DNA of 58,114 nucleotides, filler included, from Sphacelaria rigidula (lineage: Eukaryota): the NCBI GenBank assembly GCA_964200075.2. It is 6 parts of 6 records of this genome, joined end to end, with 100 filler letters (N's around TTAATTAATTAA, not from the genome) between each part and the next. Parts side by side here need not be neighbours in the genome. Positions count along the whole stretch, not along the records: positions 48,514 to 58,114 come from CAXNAA020008122.1; 5 more parts are not named here. One strand, written 5' to 3'. Of the stretch, positions 51,305 through 58,114 are shown piece by piece (within the stretch, counting starts at the first letter, position 1; every line of letters starts with the position of its first letter). A model generated the notes under the pieces. The model worked only from the letters and a program-made list of their open reading frames with translations. It was not told where the DNA came from and made no database searches. Made by a program: the position numbers and the translations under genes.

Positions 51305-51750
51305 CCCTTTGAGAAACCTTTTTCCCTCCCGGTCCAGACGCCTCATTATTTCAAGCGCTGACAAATAAGGAAAATACCGACAACAACCTTTTTGACGGTC
51401 GAGAGCCACAGAAGAATCCACCGACATCGTCATGCTTGCACCAAAAATGTCGCCCCGGTGCGGTCGGATTAGTTTGATCGAATGAGGGGACGCAACTTGT
51501 CAAGATGCTCAACCATGGGCACACAGCAAAAACCAGCACCGCGGCCTCCGAATATCGTATAAGAGAAACCAGCACCACCTGGAAATTTTCCATGTATGCA
51601 GTCCCGTGTGGTACTGCAGCACAAATTGATGACGGAATTTCTGGAGTCCTTTTTTGCTGCAGTCCGGAGGTCGTACCGCCCAACGCTTGGCAAGCGTGCT
51701 TAGCCACATCACTCGACATTGGCACTTTTCCATTTCCATTACCAAAAGGG
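51305..51750. mobile_element. Non-autonomous piggyBac-like element inside the bactofilin intron
   Basis: TTAA|CCCTTTG ... CAAAAGGG|TTGA; homologous to the element starting at 26081. Confidence 0.65.
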
Positions 51751-53010
51751 TTGACCAACATGAAGCTCTAGATGGCTGACAAATACGAGAACGGTCACGC
51801 ATTTGACCTGAACCTGCACCACGCATGTGATATAAGAAGATGCACGAAAATAAGTAAGGTTCTAGAGTTTCCGTGGATCTTTCCTTCATGAAGAATGGCA
51901 CATTGGAAACCGTATGCGCGCCTGTTGCTCAATCATCGTTGGTGCGCCTACTCGTGGAATCAAGGCGCCCTTTCGGCCTGGTCATTTCGAAGTACCGTGA
52001 AATGTGTAAGATAGAGTGGTACCCATAGATGGTTCTGACATTCTTGGCAGTCAAAATCGAAAGTCTATGGAATCGTGGCAAGAGTTCGATGCACCAGCGG
52101 TCATGATTTGTAGATGCCTCCTTTTTGCCATTCCGTCGGTACTAAAGCGTCAAGTGTGTCCTCGATTTGGTCCTCGACCTGCACTCCTGCTCTGTTACTT
52201 CACGCATCCCGAACGACTCAGCAAGAATGTATACGAAGCCGGCCTCGTTGATGTGCCACAGGTGTCCTCGACGGGCGCTCAATATTAAAGGTATTTTCCC
52301 CAAGCACCAACAACTCCTTACATGGGCCGTAACCCATGTGACTGTCCTTACTGCCTGAGCGTGCTTCACGCTAATGAAAACGGGTGTGGATGTGATGGCG
52401 TCAACTTGCAGAATGCAACTTTCCCCCACGTTCTGACTTGAAGCATGGCGTTCTGGTTCTCGATATTCTGGAGGGAAAGGAATGAAAGGTTTCGTGTGGG
52501 GTCTAAAAAACTCTCATCAGCCGAAGTTTTTGAGAAGGCTGCAAAGCAAGTCGGCAACACTTTCATGCTCAGTGCGAATTTTCTGCGACGGTTCCAGCCG
52601 ATGGTACTGTCATCCAACTCCACACCGTGAACAACAATGATGAAGTTTCATACGTTTATTTTTTTGTTGCTAAAATTTGCCATGGATTGGTGTGAAAAAA
52701 ACACTACAGTGTAGTTCGAACTTGGGTGCATCAATAGTGTCATATTTTGTCATGCAGGCCGTTACATTTTGCCGGACTCATGATGTCCACAGTTGAAGAC
52801 ACCACTTCTCAGGACGACCCCTTCATGTGTGCCCCGAGCAAACTTGTGTCCGGTATCAAGAACCAGAACACGGGTGCAATGGTCCTGTCTCGGAATTCGA
52901 GCCCACATTGTCGGAATGAGCATTTGACCATTGCCCCCCCTCCTTCGTTCTCCGTTTTGCCCGTTTTCTGTCGCCCACGACCTGTCCTCTTGTCGACGTG
53001 CGCCCTGTAG

Positions 53011-53106
53011 GTGATTGGCGATATCGTGTGCAACACGGTGATGGTGGTGAACCGAGGCAAGGTCCTCGGGGATATTACAGCCGTCAACCTAACAATCGGA
53101 CCCAAG
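53011..53106 (+). CDS. Bactofilin domain protein, exon B
   Basis: Pyrimidine tract plus ctgtAG|GTG...AAG|GTGATG; 96 nt encoding VIGDIVCNTVMVVNRGKVLGDITAVNLTIGPK, which continues the beta-helix pattern in phase 0. Confidence 0.85.
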
Positions 53107-53405
53107 GTGATGAAGTATTTCCCATTCCACAATAGTATAATCATGTGTTTTAGAGTGCTGGAAGAACTTGGGACAGATCCAACGTTTTTCATTCGCTTCG
53201 AACCCGAGGCTATCAGCATGTCCCACCATCCTTGGTGTTTGTCGACCGCGACGAAGGCTTTCGCTTGAGACGGTTAGCACCTCTTGGATGTAGTTTCTCG
53301 CCCGCGAGAACATTGATACGGGACACTTTANNNNNNNNTTTGTATTTTTTTTTTTTTTTTTTCTTGCTCACAAAATTTTTTTTTTTTTAAAAGAAAAAAA
53401 CGCCA

Positions 53406-53437
<32 letters not shown>

Positions 53438-53765
53438 AGGTGCCTGGTTCGGGGGGACAAAATCCTCACATGAATCGAAATGGGAAAAGCTGAGCACAAC
53501 GAGCAGCTGGGAATTCCAACGCTTGGGTTCGTTCTCGCCAATGCCGCCCCTATGAGGCGCTTAGTGCAGCCTGAACCCATACATTAGGCGCTGTATTGCC
53601 ATTTTTTTCGTGACACTTTTGGGCTGGTTCTGGGGGGTTCCATCGTAGAAGGTGTCACCGTTGACATGACGTTGCAGAATTTCGCCCCCCAGCTTCCATG
53701 CATGCGAAAATGCCCATCCGCATTTCCCCGCCATCTACCGACACACTGTATGCGCTTCTCATCAG

Positions 53766-54230
53766 ACTGTAATTCGTGGGATGCTGAACGTGGTGGAAAG
53801 CGCCGATGACCTCATGGACCTCGTGAAGCAAGCATCTGAGGAAGTCAACACCGAAAATCCATCGGATGACGCAGAGTCCGCGAAGGATAAAGTGGAAATT
53901 CCTGGAGACGCTGACACATCCATCACCACGATAGGGTCTTCGGCAATGCCAGAGAGCCCCGAGCCTCGCGATGAGTCGGAACGGGCCAGCGACGTCCGAT
54001 TGTCGATGTACCAGGATGACGTTTCCAAGGATTCTGTGGGAACCGCGTCTGAAACTGACGCCGCTTCAGAGAACGATGGCCATTCGGATTCCCCCTCCGT
54101 CAAAGCCGGTTCTTCCGCTTCGTTGTCGATTAGCGAGAACAGCGACGTCGTCCGAGGTGATTCCGACGCCCTTGCTTCCAAGCTTGGTCAAAGTGTGGTG
54201 GAGGGAGAGACGCATTTACGTGCTGAGTGA
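53766..54230 (+). CDS. Bactofilin domain protein, exon C (domain end plus acidic Ser/Asp/Glu-rich tail)
   Basis: ttctcatcAG|ACT GTA ATT CGT GGG ATG gives TVIRGMLNV, which completes the domain. About 145 aa of acidic low-complexity sequence follow to TGA at 54228-54230. A possible donor GTGAGG at 54227 means the gene may continue. Confidence 0.75.
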   Translation, partial: TVIRGMLNVVESADDLMDLVKQASEEVNTENPSDDAESAKDKVEIPGDADTSITTIGSSAMPESPEPRDESERASDVRLSMYQDDVSKDSVGTASETDAASENDGHSDSPSVKAGSSASLSISENSDVVRGDSDALASKLGQSVVEGETHLRAE

Positions 54231-55570
54231 GGTACAATTACTGGCTTCCGCAGGAGCGCCTAGTGGAGATGATGCCTTGTAAATTGCGTCACGGTTCCAC
54301 TTGTGTTCGTTTGCCGGTGACACCAATTCAAGCGTTGCACGATCGTTGATATATTCTTTCGCAATCCCCATGTGTTTGGCATGTGACGATTGCTGCCTGT
54401 TTGTGCTGGCTTTTTCTTGTAATGCCATTTAATCCGGCATTGTTGTGCTGTGCTTGTTTGTGAAAGTAGAACTGTTGCTCTGCCTTTTGGATATTAGCTA
54501 CCCGCTGATCGCCCCTTGCGAATGAAGACTCCCGGTTCATTTTTCTCCTTGGAGTTTTCTAGTGTGGAGCGGTTGAGCAATGATTTCTCACTACGTGCGC
54601 GGAGCCTCGCGGCACGGGTTATGGTTTTCGTTTTAGAATCTCTGTCGGCGAGTAAGCTGTGCTTTTGTTTCCTATCGTTACTATGTATGGATATACTGAG
54701 ATGAGACCGTGCACACCGGTGAACATATACGGTTGGAACAGCCGCGATTGGTGGTACTTTTTGTTGCGATTGAAGAATATGATCAAAAATCGCCTTACCC
54801 TGGGTCTAATTTTACCCTGACCACGCCGATGAGTTTTCAGGTCTCATACTCTATTACAAGTAGTCGTGTTTCATGTAACCTGGTTTTCCGTCAGAGTCTG
54901 ATGTCTACGCTCCCAGGTGATTGTATGCTTGACCTGCATTCATGTGTGCTAATAGTTGGCACGTGGTGTACATCGTAAGAGGTGGGAAAATGAGTCGCTT
55001 ATCCGACTCTCAGCGTGATTTGCTGGGTGCTTGCGTGGCGCCTGTGTATTTTGACTGAGGAACGATCCCGTGTCACAGTTGTTTCGTCTCCCCATGAGTT
55101 CGAGAGTGTTGGGGTTTTGCTGATGATTTCGTCTCCTCTGGAGTGCTTTGTTTCACGTCATTTTTATAGTTCCGATATTTATTTACTGTGAACAGCGGAA
55201 TGATCTTGTGGCAAATTTCGCTCGTACGGGAGTTTCATAGTCTTGTTTTTCCGTTGTAGCTTCTTACAAGGCTTCTTTGAAATTGCATTTTTGACGTTCA
55301 CTCCGTGGACTGTCATGTCTTGAGTGTTGAGTGATCGCGATACGTGCTGGCCGTGTTTTCATATCCGTATCTCCCCTCTAGTTTGGTACACATTGACGTG
55401 TCTCGTTCGTTTGGATCTTGACACGAAAATACACTTAATGAGTATTATTACATGTCTGACTGCGCACTCTGTGCGAGAATGCCATCCATTTACCCCGGAT
55501 TTCTCAAGTTGAGGTAAGCGAGTCTCTTTCCTCGCCCGTCGTGCCCGTACGTGTCCCGCCACCTCCTGAA

Positions 55571-55891
55571 TGTGTGTTGTGTCGTCGTCCCTTCTATTCT
55601 GGACGCCGGTCTACACGTTTCGGTACATGTGAGCGCAGCAGCCGGGGTCACACAGGAGGAAGGTTAAGGCAGGGGCTTTTTCTTTTTTATTGTTTCTAGT
55701 ACCCCAGCTTCCTTCTGCGGTGCCTGCCTTTTCATTTTGTCTCGAAGAGGGTTCAGCTGTCCCCTTCCCTCATCACTCTCTACTGTTGGGCATGGTGTCC
55801 GGAAAAATCCCAGTTCACTCCGAGAATTGAACCCACGACCCTACTATCACAAGGTTTCGAGGTTACCATTTGACCCACCGGGGCGACCGGT
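55571..55891 (-). mobile_element. tRNA-headed SINE (diverged copy)
   Basis: The reverse complement begins accggtcgccccggtgggtcaaatggtaacctcgaaacctt and ends ccagaatagaagggacgacgacacaacacac. Confidence 0.78.
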
Positions 55892-56747
55892 GACGAATAG
55901 AGGACCAAGAAGCAGCTGACTACCTCTTTACCCCCCACCACCGCCACATCTAACCTTCCAACCCTTTCAGTTTCCGTGTTGAATATGGATACAAATAATG
56001 TGTGCTGTGTAGTTGAGGATAGTTAGCTTGCTGATGAGAGACACTTTCGTCGTACGAACAAGCGGGTCAGTGTTGGTTCCATCTCTCGCTACGAACGTGA
56101 ATCGATCGCTCCTCTGCATCCTTATGTCCAGTCCTCCGAGATTCGGGTTGCATAGCAAGCCCCATATACTTGGGCTCCAAAAAAAAAGTGACAGAAACAA
56201 AACATCCACCCCCAATCGTGGCATTGCTCCATGACAGGACCACCACTACGTCCTTGAACCGTATATTGTGGCGAACAGATTTTTGGCCCCACAGATTGTT
56301 AACTTCTAGGACGTTTGCTCCACTTTTTTTACCCCAAAACAGAAAAAGTCGCCGACACGTCTCGGACACTGCATCCCACAAGAGGAGGCTAGCCCACTTT
56401 TTAGGTTCGCTTGACAAGGTTTCAAGATTGGCCGTTGAACAATACTTTCTTAGCAAAGATTTGTGCTTTCCAACATACGGCAGTTTTCCCAAAAGTCTGT
56501 GGCGCTCGCCGTGGATATTAACGACACGGATTATTACTGAGCGGCCACTCTCCTCGAAACCTTTGGGCCAAGCGAATCTGAGAAGACAAGTGGGCTGGGC
56601 TCCTCTCTGCGAGGTGATGAAAGTGTTGGAGACGTGTGTTGGCGATTTTCCCTGTTTTGGGGGTCAAAAGAGGGCTCAAACGTCCCAACAGAGAATAATC
56701 CGTGGGCCAAAAACGTGTGCCACATCATCCGGCCTTATTCGGCCTCA

Positions 56748-57194
56748 AACACGGGATCTTACAAATTATTGGTGATGGATCTTTTATTGGGGATTAGAAA
56801 CCAGGAGAACTAAAATCTTCGTATCCATACCAAATCTTCGAAATATGGATCCATTCTTTTACCCACTGATAACTATCGACAACAGCTACACGCCACACAA
56901 ATTTGGATTTCGATCACCGAAATTTTGGGGTTCTACGTGAAGAACCAATTCTAGGAAATTCCGGGTGTCCGAGCGGACACTACAGTGGTTCCGAAATTAA
57001 TTTTTCACCTAGAACCCCAACATTCCGGTGATCGAAATCCAATTTTTCATGGCGTACAGCTGTTGTCCATAGCTATCAGTATGTGAAAAAATGGAACAAT
57101 ATTTCGAAGAGTTGGTGTGGGTACGAAGATTTAAGTTCTCCGGGTTTCTCATCCCCAATAAAAGATCCATCCCCAATTTGTAAGATCCCGTGTT
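56748..57194. repeat. ~447-bp foldback palindrome (MITE-like)
   Basis: aacacgggatcttacaaatt...gatggatcttttattgggga... pairs with ...tccccaataaaagatccatc...aatttgtaagatcccgtgtt; the arms pair for ~200 bp around a short loop. Confidence 0.92.
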
Positions 57195-57240
57195 CTTAGC
57201 TTCGTATGCGCGCACAAGGTTTAGGTTATTTTGGAGAGAC

Positions 57241-57288
<48 letters not shown>
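57241..57288. repeat. (GTT)n microsatellite
   Basis: About 15 GTT units. Confidence 0.95.
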
Positions 57289-58114
57289 CTTTACATTAAA
57301 AAGCCGTTCCGGTATCTGCGCAGTGCTGTACTGGGCATCTGACTCGGATGTCTTCCGTGGTCACAGACTACCACCCCATGTCAGGGTAAAAGGAAAATCA
57401 GGAAGTAAAATCGGACTCACGAAAAATTGACACAGACAGACGCGATACAAGAAAAACGAAGCAAAAACAAGAAAAAAAAGGTGAAAAGAAACAGAAGAAA
57501 GAAGGAACCTATCCTTGGACCTCTGAGAGGACAGCTATACGTATGCATAAACTAGGCAAACTAGAAATAAGGGCGCCACGTGCCACCGCCCACCACCTCG
57601 GAGGGAGGGGTGCATCGGAGTCAGCAGTTAGTAGCGTCCATCCTCTCCCTACTCTCCTTGAGACNNNNNNNNNNTTGAGACTCCCGTTTCAGTGCACGTA
57701 GTCAGCTGGCCTCTTTTTCGGTCCTGTGCCAAGATGTGATGAAACTCTCCGCTGCCTGTAATAATAGAGATTAGGACTTGAAATAAGTTTTTTTTTTACA
57801 AGTTTCGGGCGAGCTTAAAATTTTTGACGAGCTTTTGATGTTCTTGAAATGAGCATGTAATTGCGATAATATTTTGGGCGCCTCCGCCAGTCATTGCAAC
57901 CGCTGTCTGAAAGTTCCCCAAATAGCCTATGGCGTGAGTCGTCACCCGTCACCAGACTGGTTTCAATACGCCAAACTGCCACGGTTGCGGGTCTGACCGA
58001 GAAACGTTCAATGATCGAAGAAATGCCATAGAGGGAAATGTACCAATTAAGATACGCGTAAGGCACCTGGCGGGAAAAACTCTATAATATCTTGGGACCC
58101 ATGGCACGTCAAAC

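Noticed and set aside
6746-54230. Functional cluster of adhesin, GSNOR, QNG1 and bactofilin genes
   Set aside because: Each gene lies on a different, artificially concatenated scaffold.

Overview
Repeat-rich eukaryotic genomic DNA. It most likely comes from a brown alga or related stramenopile, inferred from the long GT-AG introns, TTAGGG-type motifs and an adhesin-like exon. The window is not one locus. It is six scaffolds of 9604, 9603, 9602, 9602, 9602 and 9601 bp, ordered by length and joined by artificial 100-bp N44-TTAATTAATTAA-N44 spacers, so adjacency across spacers carries no meaning. Four host genes are partly visible. (1) Three phase-0 exons encode a bactofilin-type (polymer-forming cytoskeletal) beta-helix with an acidic tail (51093-54230, +). 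(2) The first two exons of a class III alcohol dehydrogenase/GSNOR are split by a 6979-bp intron (21009-28128, +). (3) The last exon of a queuosine-salvage hydrolase QNG1/DUF2419 lies at 37986-38156 (-). (4) The first exon of an adhesin/polymorphic-membrane-protein-like gene lies at 6746-7037 (+). The rest is transposon debris: an internally deleted chromodomain Gypsy element with LTRs, PBS and PPT; LINE, Copia and hAT remnants; a tRNA-headed SINE family; piggyBac-like and palindromic MITE-like elements; a dispersed repeat carrying telomeric hexamers; and microsatellites. Most ORFs in the supplied track are spurious. All family assignments come from motif recognition by eye, not from database searches.
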